Positions 1 through 9,827 are shown, counted from the first letter of the stretch. The stretch: 64,000 nucleotides of DNA from Escherichia coli (GCA_963630675.1 CAVGNR010000009.1:886-64885), one strand, 5' to 3'. The notes: generated by a model from the letters alone, not told the origin. Numbers and translations are program-made.

Positions 1-256
1 GGTGAAAGGTGGAAAAAATGATGTAAATAAAAATAAGGCGTCTTTCTTAAAAAGAAGGGGGACGTGTATCAATATTTGAAGAAGAAAGTCCCTATTTCAG
101 AAAGGGAACTAAGCAGAAACAAAATTGTCTTTTCAATCGTGTTTGAATCAAGCCCTTCTAGGCTGTATAATTCTTACGCTTCTTTAGAAGGAAGAAGCAA
201 CATTCTCTTATGGTCGTACTCGATACGATCCATTAGACCAAAACTAGGAGGTGCTA

Positions 257-546
257 TCATGAAAAAGTATGAGATCATGTACATCTTGAATAGCGTTCTC
301 GAAGAACAAGCTAGAAAAGATGAAATCGCCAAACTTCAAGGAATCTTGGAAGCTAACAAAGTCAAAGTTACCAATTCCCAAGAATTAGGCATGAAAGATT
401 TCGCTACGCCAATTAAAAAGCAACTCAAAGGCTACTATGTCGTTCTCAAAGTGAGCGGCGAAATTACTGGCCTTAATGAGTGGAGCCGTCAAGCGAAACT
501 TGATCAAAACGTTCTTCGTTTCTTGATTACGATTGACCAAGACTAA
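257..546 (+). CDS. rpsF: 30S ribosomal protein S6
   Basis: About 96 aa from ATG 257, with an AGGAGG RBS at 245-250. Translation MKKYEIMYIL...GEITGLNEWSRQ matches the S6 family, and the gene sits in the conserved rpsF-ssb-rpsR order. The upstream part of the ORF-track frame (64-256) is probably leader. Confidence 0.85.
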
Positions 547-585
547 TTGTCGTTTTATACGAAAAACATTGGAGGATCGTAAAAT

Positions 586-1029
586 ATGTTAAATCGTGTC
601 ATTCTAATTGGCCGTCTTACTCGTGACCCTGAGTTACGTAAGACCCCATCTAATCTCTCTGTCGTGTCCTTCTCACTTGCAGTAGATGATTCCCGCAAAA
701 ATCCGGATGGAACAAAAAACACTTTGTTCATGAATTGCACATTATTCGGTGTGCGTGCTGATACATTCGCTAAATACACCCGCAAAGGTTCGATGGTTTC
801 TATTGAAGGCAGACTTCAACAAAGAAAATATACGAACAAAGCTGGTGTTCAAGTCACAGTTGTCGAAACTATTGTTGATAATTTCGACTTCATTGATACG
901 AAAGGTTCAGCTCCAGCAGAAGCAAGCGGATACACTTCTCAACCAGAAGCCGCACCTGCTCCAGCTCCACAACCAGATAGCGGTAATTTAGATGCCATTG
1001 ATGTTGTAGACGACGATCTACCATTCTAA
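586..1029 (+). CDS. ssb: single-stranded DNA-binding protein
   Basis: OB-fold N-terminus (MLNRVILIGRLTRDPELR), a Pro/Ala/Gln-rich linker and the acidic C-terminal tail DDDLPF typical of SSB. Located between rpsF and rpsR. Confidence 0.9.
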   Translation: MLNRVILIGRLTRDPELRKTPSNLSVVSFSLAVDDSRKNPDGTKNTLFMNCTLFGVRADTFAKYTRKGSMVSIEGRLQQRKYTNKAGVQVTVVETIVDNFDFIDTKGSAPAEASGYTSQPEAAPAPAPQPDSGNLDAIDVVDDDLPF

Positions 1030-1047
1030 TAGAAAGGAAAATTTATT

Positions 1048-1278
1048 ATGGCTTTCAGAAAAATGAGATCCAGACGTAAAGTTTGCTATTTCACTAAGAA
1101 TCATATCAAACATATTGATTATAAAAACGTTGAACTTCTTCAAAGATTCATCACACCTGATGGAAAAATCATGCCAAGAAGCAGCACTGGTACTTGTGCT
1201 AAATATCAACGTCAATTAGCGAAAGCAATCAAAAACGCCCGTTATATGGGATTACTCCCAGAAGTTGGCGCTAACTAA
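1048..1278 (+). CDS. rpsR: 30S ribosomal protein S18
   Basis: 76 aa; CYFTKN...[19 protein letters not shown]...[17 protein letters not shown] matches S18 family motifs. Confidence 0.9.
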   Translation: MAFRKMRSRRKVCYFTKNHIKHIDYKNVELLQRFITPDGKIMPRSSTGTCAKYQRQLAKAIKNARYMGLLPEVGAN

Positions 1279-1299
1279 GCGAAACTATTACGTTATTAG

Positions 1300-1326
1300 C
1301 CTCACCTAAGCGTGGGGCTTTTTTAT
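1300..1326 (+). terminator. rho-independent terminator after rpsR; copy 1 of a duplicated hairpin
   Basis: CCTCAC-CTAAGC-GTGGGG hairpin followed by a T-run. A near-identical copy lies at 2849-2872. Confidence 0.6.
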
Positions 1327-1427
1327 TATCTACACACATGTTTTAAAAGAAATTTGAATGTAGTAAAAATGCTAACATATTATCGAAAAAATGCATAAAG
1401 AATGAAAATATGCTAAAATATTAGCAT

Positions 1428-1718
1428 ATGGAAGAACAAGCATTACAATTTGTAACATACGATGAAAAACAACTAGAAATAGCCAAACGTTTTGTTGCTA
1501 TTAGAAAAAGCAAAAAAGTGTCTCAACAAAGGTTGTCTATTCTTTCTGGTGTTTCTTACGCTTCTATTAGAAGATTTGAAAAAACTGGTAATATCTCTTT
1601 ATCTTCCTTAGTAAAACTCGCGTTAGCTTTGCAACTTTATGATGATTTAGATAATTTGTTTGTCAGCCACTCAAAATACAAAACAATCGAGGAAATAATC
1701 AATGATCAGAAAGATTGA
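1428..1718 (+). CDS. hipB: HipB-like XRE-family HTH antitoxin
   Basis: 96 aa with an HTH (QQRLSILSGVSYASIRRFEKTGNISLSSLVKLALAL). Its stop overlaps the hipA-like start by 17 nt. Confidence 0.6.
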   Translation: MEEQALQFVTYDEKQLEIAKRFVAIRKSKKVSQQRLSILSGVSYASIRRFEKTGNISLSSLVKLALALQLYDDLDNLFVSHSKYKTIEEIINDQKD

Positions 1719-2796
1719 TGTTTTTGCTAGTAAGGAAAAAGTTGGCACACTTGCATTGACAAAAGAAAATGTAGTGGCTTTTCAATACACCGATGAATGG
1801 ATTGCGAATGGTTTTTCCATCAATCCTTTCAAATTACCATTATCCAAACAATTGTTTTTTTCTACTTCACCCTATTTTAAAGGCTTGTTTGGTGTCTTTG
1901 CGGATTCTTTGCCTGATAGTTATGGTGAGCTACTTTTAGAACGTTACTTAAAAAGTAAAAACATAGATATGAATAAGCTAACTTGCTTAGATAGACTTGC
2001 TTATGTTGGTTCTTCTGGTATGGGAGCATTAGAATACGTTCCAGATTGGAGCATAGAAATTAATAAAAACAATTATGATTTCGATACAATTCAAAATGAA
2101 TGTAACGATTTATTAAGGGCAAAAGAGGTTCAAAATATTGATGAACTTTACGCTTTAGGCGGATCTAGTGGCGGTTCTAGGCCTAAATCATTAATCAAGT
2201 ATGAAGGCGAGGACTACATTGTTAAATTTTCATCTAAATATGATCCCAAAAACATTGCTGAACTTGAATATACATATATGTCTCTTGCTCAAGAGGCGGG
2301 GATCCATATACCAACGATTAAATTGGTATCATCAAAACTTGGCAACAAATATTTTCTTATTAAAAGGTTTGATAGGTGTGCTGATAAAAAAATACACATG
2401 ATAAGTGTAGCCGCATTATTGGAGGCTGATTTTCGGGCTCCTTCGCTTGATTATAATGAACTATTGAAACTCACAAGAGTGTTAACAAAAAATGATGATG
2501 ATCTTTTAGAAATGTTTAGAAGAATGGTTTTTAACGTTTTGGCCGATAATCAAGATGACCACATCAAAAATTTCTCTTTCATCTATGATGAGACAAAAAA
2601 AATGTATAGATTATCTCCAGCGTATGATATTACTCCCGGGAAAACATATTATGGCGAGCATACGACATCCGTTAATGGAAAAGGAAAGGGGATAACCGAT
2701 GAAGATATGCTTAAGGTTGCTACAAATAACAAAATAGATTTGGATACTGCAAAAAAGATTATTAGCAAGTGCAAAAAAGTCTTAAAGATTTCCTAA
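1702..2796 (+). CDS. hipA: HipA-like Ser/Thr kinase toxin, short form
   Basis: 364 aa. Carries the HipA catalytic-loop motif DNQDDHIKNFSF (D-x-H-x-K-N) and glycine-rich segments. Operonic with the upstream HTH gene. Confidence 0.75.
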   Translation: MIRKIDVFASKEKVGTLALTKENVVAFQYTDEWIANGFSINPFKLPLSKQLFFSTSPYFKGLFGVFADSLPDSYGELLLERYLKSKNIDMNKLTCLDRLAYVGSSGMGALEYVPDWSIEINKNNYDFDTIQNECNDLLRAKEVQNIDELYALGGSSGGSRPKSLIKYEGEDYIVKFSSKYDPKNIAELEYTYMSLAQEAGIHIPTIKLVSSKLGNKYFLIKRFDRCADKKIHMISVAALLEADFRAPSLDYNELLKLTRVLTKNDDDLLEMFRRMVFNVLADNQDDHIKNFSFIYDETKKMYRLSPAYDITPGKTYYGEHTTSVNGKGKGITDEDMLKVATNNKIDLDTAKKIISKCKKVLKIS

Positions 2797-2848
2797 CTAT
2801 AGCGAAAATGCCGTTAAACCTGTTTGTTCTAAGAAACGAGATTATTAG

Positions 2849-2872
2849 CCTCACCTAAGCGTGAGGTTTTTC
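2849..2872 (+). terminator. copy 2 of the duplicated hairpin terminator
   Basis: CCTCAC-CTAAGC-GTGAGG hairpin plus T-run. The shared context ttattagcctcacctaagcgtg is also found at 1293-1317. Confidence 0.6.
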
Positions 2873-2932
2873 TAATATATGTTTCGTCTCTTTCCCCTTT
2901 TAACCCATAAGGGGTTAAATTATAATTTAACT

Positions 2933-4984
2933 ATGAACGCATCCATTAAGAAATTTCGTAACATTACATTCATCTTTGCTCTAATAGAGCTAATCTTTAT
3001 TGGAACCCTCACTTTTTTCTGGGTTTATAACACTTTCGGCATCCGTGATATCAAATATATCGAAGAGTATATATTTTTAGGTTTTGTCGTTCTTTGCTTA
3101 GCTGACATCCTTTTCACTTGGTTTGCTTTAGCACGTCTTTCGAGAAAAAGACAAAGTAATGATATCGAAGTGGCTTCTCTTATTGGTAACGACATTCAAA
3201 TGGCTTATAACTTCAATCAAATTGGTTTGCTAGCCATTGATGAAAATGGTCTCGTGTTATGGACCAATACTTTGTTTAACGAAAGACAATTGGATCTTGT
3301 TGATACGGATATTTTCCAATCTTTTCCTGCCTTGAAGGAATTGGTCAAACTCAAAAGCGATAAGACCGTCCATCTTGAAATGAAAGGCAAATCATATGAA
3401 GTTCGTTTCTTAAGCGAACCAAGATTGTTTGTCTTTAAAGATGTGACCGAATATGACAACGTTGTCAATTATTCTAAGGAACAAGCCATTGCTTTAGGTG
3501 TTGTCATGATTGATAACTTTAATGATGTTGCTTCAGATACGGATGAAGTAGCGGACGCGGTTATGGATGTTCGCGCTATTGTTCGTGATTATTTCCGCCA
3601 ATATAAAGTCCTTCTTACCCAAGTGAAACAAGACCGTTATTTCGCGGTTTGTAATTTTAATGCCCTTGATCAAATGGAGAAAGATGGCTTCTCTGTGATG
3701 GATAAAGTTCGTGAAAAACAGGATAAAGAAGATACACCATTAACCTTATCTATTGGTTTTGCTCATGACTTCCCTGATGTGGGCAAGCTATACGAAATGA
3801 CGGAAGAAGCGATCGATACCGCTTTAGCCCGTGGTGGTGACCAAGCTGTTATTTCACAATATGGCAAGGAGCTTCGTTTCTTTGGTGGCAAATCAGCTGC
3901 TATTGAGAATACCTCTAAAGTGAAAGTCCGTTCCATGGTTGGAGGGCTTGCTAAATTAATTAAAGATTCCAGCGCTGTCTTCATTATGGGACATACCGAA
4001 ATGGATATGGACGCTTTAGGAAGTTGCTTGGGCATTAAGGCCATTTGTGATTGGTGTAAAAAACCAGCCAAGATTGTCTATGCACCAAAACGTACAGAAA
4101 AGAAGGCTAGACTTGCCTTCACAAGCGCCTTCTCAAAAGATGTTTTGGATCAGTTGACCTTAACTCCAGAACAAGCCGCAGCTCAAATTAAAGAAACTTC
4201 GCTTGTTGTTGTCGTAGATGTCTCTGTTCCAAAAAACGTCATGGGCCCAAAGATTCTTGATTTAGCAAGAAAAGTCGTTGTCATTGACCATCATCGTCGT
4301 GGCGATTCCTTCATCGAAAGACCATCTTTGTCCTATATTGAGCCATCCGCCTCTAGCGCTTGCGAATTGATCACGGAAATGATTCGTTATGCGGCTGCGA
4401 ACCCTCGTATAGATTTGAAGCCATCTTATGCCACAATCATGTTGTCCGGCATTTTCATGGATTCCCAATATTTCAAGAGCAAATCCGTTGGTATGAGAAC
4501 CTTCGAAGCGGCCGAAATCTTGAAAGAATACGGCGCTGAAAACACTCTTGCGGATGAATATCTCAAAGACGATTACGAAGAATTCGCTTTGACGAATAAG
4601 ATACTCGGGACAATGAAGACGCCATCTTATGGTGTTCTCTATTGTGTTTCAGATGATAGCGATATCGTTGAAAGAAGTGCGCTTGCTAAGGTGGCGAATT
4701 CCCTTCTTTCTCTTAGAGATGTGCACGCTTCCTTCGTTATCGGAAGGACGGCAGATAAGCAAATTAGCATATCCGCAAGAAGCGATGGAACCATATCTGT
4801 TCAGCTTCTTATGGAACAATTAGGGGGTGGAGGTCACCTTACGATGGCGGCAACCTTATTCCCAAATCCAAAAGTTCCAAACATCACTCATGTTGATGAG
4901 GCGGAAAAGAAACTTATAGAATGTTTGAATGATTACTTAGACGCTTCAAAAGTAAACGTCACTGCGGGAGGAAACAATGTATGA
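2933..4984 (+). CDS. gdpP: GdpP-type cyclic-di-AMP phosphodiesterase (2TM-PAS-degenerate GGDEF-DHH-DHHA1)
   Basis: Two N-terminal TM helices, a DHH motif (VIDHHRRGD) and a DHHA1 GGGGH motif. Conserved position upstream of rplI-dnaB. Start placed at ATG 2933 (MNASIKK...); the ORF-track frame opens at 2879. Confidence 0.8.
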   Translation: MNASIKKFRNITFIFALIELIFIGTLTFFWVYNTFGIRDIKYIEEYIFLGFVVLCLADILFTWFALARLSRKRQSNDIEVASLIGNDIQMAYNFNQIGLLAIDENGLVLWTNTLFNERQLDLVDTDIFQSFPALKELVKLKSDKTVHLEMKGKSYEVRFLSEPRLFVFKDVTEYDNVVNYSKEQAIALGVVMIDNFNDVASDTDEVADAVMDVRAIVRDYFRQYKVLLTQVKQDRYFAVCNFNALDQMEKDGFSVMDKVREKQDKEDTPLTLSIGFAHDFPDVGKLYEMTEEAIDTALARGGDQAVISQYGKELRFFGGKSAAIENTSKVKVRSMVGGLAKLIKDSSAVFIMGHTEMDMDALGSCLGIKAICDWCKKPAKIVYAPKRTEKKARLAFTSAFSKDVLDQLTLTPEQAAAQIKETSLVVVVDVSVPKNVMGPKILDLARKVVVIDHHRRGDSFIERPSLSYIEPSASSACELITEMIRYAAANPRIDLKPSYATIMLSGIFMDSQYFKSKSVGMRTFEAAEILKEYGAENTLADEYLKDDYEEFALTNKILGTMKTPSYGVLYCVSDDSDIVERSALAKVANSLLSLRDVHASFVIGRTADKQISISARSDGTISVQLLMEQLGGGGHLTMAATLFPNPKVPNITHVDEAEKKLIECLNDYLDASKVNVTAGGNNV

Positions 4985-5442
4985 AAATCATTTTATTAGC
5001 CGATGTTAAAGGCGTAGGTAAAAAAGGAATGACCGTTGATGCGAAAGACGGTTTTGCTAAGAATTTCCTCATTCCACGTGGTTTAGCTGTTATTTCCACG
5101 GATAGCAATCAAAAGATTTTAGCGAAGAACAATGCTGAAGAAGACGCAAGACAACAAGCTTTGAAAAAAGAAGCAGAAGAGCTTGCAAAGCGTCTTGAAC
5201 ACATTAACGTTGAATTTAAAGCCAAAGTTGGAAGCGATGGCAGAATGTTTGGCGCCATTTCTCCAAAACAAATCGAAGAAGGCTTAAAAGCCCAATGGAA
5301 TATCATTATCGATAAACGTAAATTCATCGATAAATATCCTGCTAATGCTTTAGGATACACCCGTTTGAAAATTGAACTTTATAAAGGAAGCGCTGGCGAA
5401 GTTGTTGGCACCGTTAATGTTCATATTTCTGAGGAAAAATAA
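4981..5442 (+). CDS. rplI: 50S ribosomal protein L9
   Basis: MKIILLADVKGVGKKGMTVDAKDGFAKNFLIPRGLAV matches the L9 N-domain. ATGA overlap with the gdpP stop. Confidence 0.9.
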   Translation: MKIILLADVKGVGKKGMTVDAKDGFAKNFLIPRGLAVISTDSNQKILAKNNAEEDARQQALKKEAEELAKRLEHINVEFKAKVGSDGRMFGAISPKQIEEGLKAQWNIIIDKRKFIDKYPANALGYTRLKIELYKGSAGEVVGTVNVHISEEK

Positions 5443-6911
5443 TGCCAAAAGTATCTCTTCCCTCCAACGTTGAAGCAGAGCGCTCTGTTTTGGGCGCCAT
5501 GCTTTTATCTGCCAATGCTTGCAATATTGCGATTGCTTCTTTGACGGAAGATTCTTTTTCGGACGTTGATCCTAGAAATAAGATTATCTTCCATGCGATG
5601 GAAAATCTTAGCCAGCATGAACAAATTATTGACCCTCAAACGGTAACCAACGAACTCATTAACACCAATCTTTTAAGCGCGGCAGGGGATTCCTCCTATC
5701 TTTTGGAATTGATGAATAGCGTCATTAATCCAGAGAATGTGGAACATTATGTTGCAATCGTTAAAGACCAACAAGTTTTAAGAGAGTTCCTTTTAGCACT
5801 TCAGGACATTCAAAAAGATTACGCGGAAGGAAAAATCTCCGATATTGGGGATTTCTTAGCCAATTCTCAACAAACCTTAACGGCCATTACCAATAGAAGA
5901 TCTGTTGGCGGTTTCCGTAAAGGTGGAGAAATTGCCAAAGAAGTCAAACTTAAGATCATTGCTGAAGCGAAGCGTTCTAACCGCTCTTTAACGGGTGTTG
6001 ATACGGGCTTCCGCGGATTAAATAAACTCACCCATGGTTGGCAAGCAGGCGACCTGATTGTATTAGCTGCTCGTCCTTCTGTTGGCAAAACTGCATTTGC
6101 TTTAAATTTAGCGGTAAATGCTGCTTCTTATAAAGGAGAACCAGTCGCTGTCTTCTCGGGAGAAATGGATTCTACGTTGGTTATGAAACGTATCCTTTCT
6201 TCTATTTCTCGCGTTTCTCTTTCGGGAAACGAACCTTTAACGGATAGAGATTTAGGAAAGATTGCTCTTGCTGTTACGGAAGTAGAACGCATGAATCTTT
6301 ATATTGATGATAAACCAAACCCAAAATTAGGCGACATCATCGCAAAATCCATCAAGTTAAAGAATAGCGAGCCTAATCTTTGCGCTATCTTTATTGACTA
6401 TATTAACATCATACATACGGAAAAATCTTTTGAATCCCGTTCATTGGAAGTCGCAGAAATTACTTCCTCTTTGAAAGAGCTAGCCCGTACTTTAAAAATA
6501 CCAGTTATCGCTCTTGCTCAGGTTAACCGTGATGCGGATAAAAATGAAAACGGTGTTCCAAGCATGTCTAACTTAAAGGATTCTGGCTCCATCGAACAAG
6601 ATGCGGACATCATTATGTTGATGTACCGTAAAGATTATTACGATAACCAAGGAAAACGCATTGTCAAAGGGCAATCCGCCTTTGAACAAAAGATGGATGC
6701 TCAAGTGGAGAAAGCAAAACAAGCCGGGCCAAATAAAGACTCTGGCTCTGTTACCACAATCAATGTCACTAAGAACCGTAACGGCTCTACCGGTAAAGTT
6801 TCTTTAATGTTTTCTAAAGCCATCCAGCATTTTGACAACTTCTCCTTAGAAGCAGAAGATGAAGAGAGAAGATTAAATGGTGAAGAAGGATATCCTTCGG
6901 ACGAGGAATGA
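5442..6911 (+). CDS. dnaB: replicative DNA helicase (DnaB family)
   Basis: Walker A (ARPSVGKTAFALNLA) and an N-terminal DnaB domain; about 489 aa with an acidic C-terminal extension. Conserved rplI-dnaB linkage. Confidence 0.9.
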   Translation: MPKVSLPSNVEAERSVLGAMLLSANACNIAIASLTEDSFSDVDPRNKIIFHAMENLSQHEQIIDPQTVTNELINTNLLSAAGDSSYLLELMNSVINPENVEHYVAIVKDQQVLREFLLALQDIQKDYAEGKISDIGDFLANSQQTLTAITNRRSVGGFRKGGEIAKEVKLKIIAEAKRSNRSLTGVDTGFRGLNKLTHGWQAGDLIVLAARPSVGKTAFALNLAVNAASYKGEPVAVFSGEMDSTLVMKRILSSISRVSLSGNEPLTDRDLGKIALAVTEVERMNLYIDDKPNPKLGDIIAKSIKLKNSEPNLCAIFIDYINIIHTEKSFESRSLEVAEITSSLKELARTLKIPVIALAQVNRDADKNENGVPSMSNLKDSGSIEQDADIIMLMYRKDYYDNQGKRIVKGQSAFEQKMDAQVEKAKQAGPNKDSGSVTTINVTKNRNGSTGKVSLMFSKAIQHFDNFSLEAEDEERRLNGEEGYPSDEE

Positions 6912-7666
6912 TACGTTACGTAATGGCGTCTTCCTCTTCAAAGGGAAATGCTGCTTTCATTTATTCCGAAACAACCCTCATTCAGGTGGATATGGGAGTT
7001 ACTTTAAGCGCGCTTAAGAAAGCCATATCTTTGGCTCCTTATCGATTAGAAGACATTCACGCTCTGCTTGTCACCCATGAGCATTCTGATCATATTAAGG
7101 GAATGTCTTTATCTTGTTATAAGCATCTTAATATCGACACCTATGCAGGAGAAGGAACCTTAAAAGAGCCGACCCATGTAGTAGAAGAGGAGTCTTCTTT
7201 TGATGTTGGCGATTTTACGATTATCCCTGTCCGTACTTCCCATGACGCCAACCATCCGCTGGGTTTCATCTTCATTCAAGGGAAAGAGAAACTCGTTTAT
7301 ATGACGGATACGGGCTATATTCCTGAAGAAAGCCTTCCTTATATGGAGAATGCAAACTTCTATATTATTGAATCGAATCACGACTTAAAGATGTTAAAAG
7401 AATCTTCTCGACCGATGATTCTAAAAAAGAGGATTCATTCCAAGCACGGACACCTATCCAATGAAGAATCCGCTCGTTACTTTGTGGATCTTGTTGGAGA
7501 TAAAACAAAAGAAATTACTCTTGCTCATCTCTCTTTAGAATGCAATACTCCAGAAAAAGCTATAGAAACGTGGGATAAAATATTTCAAGAAAAGGGCTTA
7601 TCTATTTCCAAATACCATTTAAGAGTTGCGCCAGCATGTGAGCCTTTGCTAGGAGGAGACAAATGA
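6908..7666 (+). CDS. MBL-fold metallo-hydrolase (YycJ/WalJ-like)
   Basis: HxHxDH motif (HEHSDHIKG). Overlaps the dnaB stop (ATGA) and precedes rlmH, as yycJ does in Firmicutes. Confidence 0.6.
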   Translation: MIRYVMASSSSKGNAAFIYSETTLIQVDMGVTLSALKKAISLAPYRLEDIHALLVTHEHSDHIKGMSLSCYKHLNIDTYAGEGTLKEPTHVVEEESSFDVGDFTIIPVRTSHDANHPLGFIFIQGKEKLVYMTDTGYIPEESLPYMENANFYIIESNHDLKMLKESSRPMILKKRIHSKHGHLSNEESARYFVDLVGDKTKEITLAHLSLECNTPEKAIETWDKIFQEKGLSISKYHLRVAPACEPLLGGDK

Positions 7667-8142
7667 AAATACGCATCATTACCATTGGAAAACTAAAAGA
7701 ACCTTATTGGAGAGCTGCTGAACAAGAATATTTAAAAAGGCTTAACCCATATAGCAAAATAGAGGTTATAGAATGTAACGACCTTCCTTCAAAAGAGAAT
7801 GCCTCTTTAAAAGAAGAAGAGGAAACTAAGCTCAAAGAAGGAAGAGAAGTCCTTGCTAAATTAAAACCAAGTGACTTCTTGGTGTTACTAGACTTAGGAA
7901 AAGAAGAAATGACTTCCCCAGAATTAGCTAAGAAATTCTCCAAATGGATGGAATTATCCGGAAGCAATCTAACCTTTGTTATTGGTGGCTCTCTTGGCTT
8001 ATCTCAGGAATTAAGAAATAGGGGAAACGTGACTTTGACATTATCCTCCTTAACTTTCACCCATCAGATGACAAGAATCATTCTTCTTGAACAGATATAC
8101 CGCTCTTTTAAAATTCTTAAGAATGAGCCTTATCATAAATAA
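7663..8142 (+). CDS. rlmH: 23S rRNA (pseudouridine1915-N3)-methyltransferase RlmH (SPOUT)
   Basis: MKIRIITIGKLKEPYWRAAEQEYLKRL is RlmH-like; 159 aa; start overlaps the preceding gene. Confidence 0.85.
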   Translation: MKIRIITIGKLKEPYWRAAEQEYLKRLNPYSKIEVIECNDLPSKENASLKEEEETKLKEGREVLAKLKPSDFLVLLDLGKEEMTSPELAKKFSKWMELSGSNLTFVIGGSLGLSQELRNRGNVTLTLSSLTFTHQMTRIILLEQIYRSFKILKNEPYHK

Positions 8143-8163
8143 TAGGAGTAATATATAGACATT

Positions 8164-8502
8164 ATGATTTATCCTGAATTTGAACAATTTGAATCCTTCG
8201 TTGATCCTCTTAATCCTTATTGCAACGCCTATAAAACAAAAGAAGGCCATATCTTCTATGTTGAGCCTGGTTTCTATTCGGGCATGCAAGGTTTTAAGGA
8301 AAAAAGGGAAGAACGTTACCAAGATCTCTTAAATGGCATCTTCGATGTTATTAAGAAAAACGAGAAGGTGATCTTTACCTGGTCTTATGATTCTCCGTTT
8401 ATGGAAAAAGATGGATTCATCTATCGTGAAATCTCTGATATCTCTGATCCATTAAAGATATATGTGGAAGATAAGAGCCGCGGTAGTGATTACGGAGATT
8501 AG
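8164..8502 (+). CDS. hypothetical protein
   Basis: 112-aa ORF with no recognisable motif. Followed by a bidirectional terminator. Confidence 0.4.
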   Translation: MIYPEFEQFESFVDPLNPYCNAYKTKEGHIFYVEPGFYSGMQGFKEKREERYQDLLNGIFDVIKKNEKVIFTWSYDSPFMEKDGFIYREISDISDPLKIYVEDKSRGSDYGD

Positions 8503-8519
8503 CAAAAAGATAAAAAGAA

Positions 8520-8554
8520 AATCCTCGTTCTTCAAATCGAAACGAGGATTTTTA
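8520..8554. terminator. bidirectional hairpin terminator
   Basis: AATCCTCGTT ... AACGAGGATT inverted repeat followed by a T-run, between convergent genes. Confidence 0.6.
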
Positions 8555-8566
8555 GTATTCATGTAA

Positions 8567-9667
8567 TTAAGCTTGTGGACGAAGGCTTCTCATCGACATC
8601 CAAGTGATTCTAAGGATATACATCATTGGGAAGAGGAACATCGTCATTCCAGCGAAGGATGGGATGAAGGCAAGAAGACCAAGAAGGGCTGGGCATAAGG
8701 ATGCGTAATAGCCAATCTTTTGGCATTGCCAGAAGGTATAGATTCTAAATGGATTGTTCTTTCCTCTTGTCATAATGAAGATAAGCAAGCCCATCAAGAA
8801 GATGATACCAACAGAGATAGCAAGCATGATTCCACTATATTCCCAAGCGAGGGTAACACGAGTTGAAGCATAGCCATTCTCTAAGAAGTTGCACCAGGCA
8901 TCAATGACTGTTTGATTTTCAGCTGGGGTGAGAATGGTGTGCAAATCTTTTCCGTCAAAGCCTTTGTAATCGTATTTGACTTGGACGTTTTTAACGACTT
9001 GGCTGCCTTTAACACCTTTGGCAAGATAGATGGCATCTTTACCAATAACGATGGTATTGGTGTTATAGCTTTCTGGAGCTTGTCCTAATTCAGCATTCGG
9101 ATCGTTTATAACATTGGAGAATTTATTTGAAGCGAACTTGTATGGACTTTCGTCCCCGCAATAATAAACAGCTAAACCACAACGCCATTGATCTTTGGCA
9201 GTGATAATACCAGCTGCTTGAGAAGAAGAGGAAGAGCTATTTTCATCCTTTGGCTTCTCTTCGGTAATGGAAACTGGAACTTTGTAGTAATAACCCCAAT
9301 AGGAAACATCTTTTCCATTTGGATTGACGCATTTTTCTTTCCAAGCCGCTTCATCTAATGTCAAAGAGCCGTTTTCAATTTTCATGCTCACGTCAGATGT
9401 TTCTTTTTGGAAAGCAACAAGAGCGTTTTCGTAATCGTAAGAATATCCACTCGTGAAGAAATCCGATGCTTTAGTGGTGAAATATCCTACCATTGTTGGA
9501 ATGGTCGCAATAAGAGCGGCGACAATTGCCACAATAACTGGTCCATACCATTTGTGTTCTCTTCCTGAGACACAAGTGTCATTAGAGAAGAGCGTTTTCA
9601 GTAAAAACTTCAATTTTTGAAGAAATTTATTTTGCTTTTTTTGTTTAATTGGTTTTGCTTTTGCCAT
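8567..9667 (-). CDS. membrane protein, function unknown
   Basis: 366 aa with a Lys-rich N-terminus, one TM helix, a large extracytoplasmic domain and C-terminal TM helices. Confidence 0.5.
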   Translation of the reverse strand: MAKAKPIKQKKQNKFLQKLKFLLKTLFSNDTCVSGREHKWYGPVIVAIVAALIATIPTMVGYFTTKASDFFTSGYSYDYENALVAFQKETSDVSMKIENGSLTLDEAAWKEKCVNPNGKDVSYWGYYYKVPVSITEEKPKDENSSSSSSQAAGIITAKDQWRCGLAVYYCGDESPYKFASNKFSNVINDPNAELGQAPESYNTNTIVIGKDAIYLAKGVKGSQVVKNVQVKYDYKGFDGKDLHTILTPAENQTVIDAWCNFLENGYASTRVTLAWEYSGIMLAISVGIIFLMGLLIFIMTRGKNNPFRIYTFWQCQKIGYYASLCPALLGLLAFIPSFAGMTMFLFPMMYILRITWMSMRSLRPQA

Positions 9668-9827
9668 AGTTCATCCTTTATTCAAGCATTGAAACTTTAC
9701 AACAAACGGGACGATTATACAAAGGAAACCGCTTCTATTGTCTCTAAGAGACAAGAAAGGAATGTATTTCTAACGTTTTTTGGCATATACTACAAAGGCT
9801 CAAATAATTGAGCATATGGGGTCGTTC

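Noticed and set aside
64-256. The 5' extension of the rpsF ORF-track frame (64-256).
   Set aside because: The conserved S6 sequence starts at MKKYEIMYIL, which has a good AGGAGG RBS. The upstream in-frame stretch is probably untranslated leader.
749-991. Short ORFs nested in or antisense to well-supported genes (e.g. 749-991, 2201-2401, 3217-3468, 5109-5360, 40608-40820, 62376-62663, 62745-63116).
   Set aside because: They overlap conserved genes in other frames, have no RBS or motifs, and are typical six-frame noise in AT-rich DNA.
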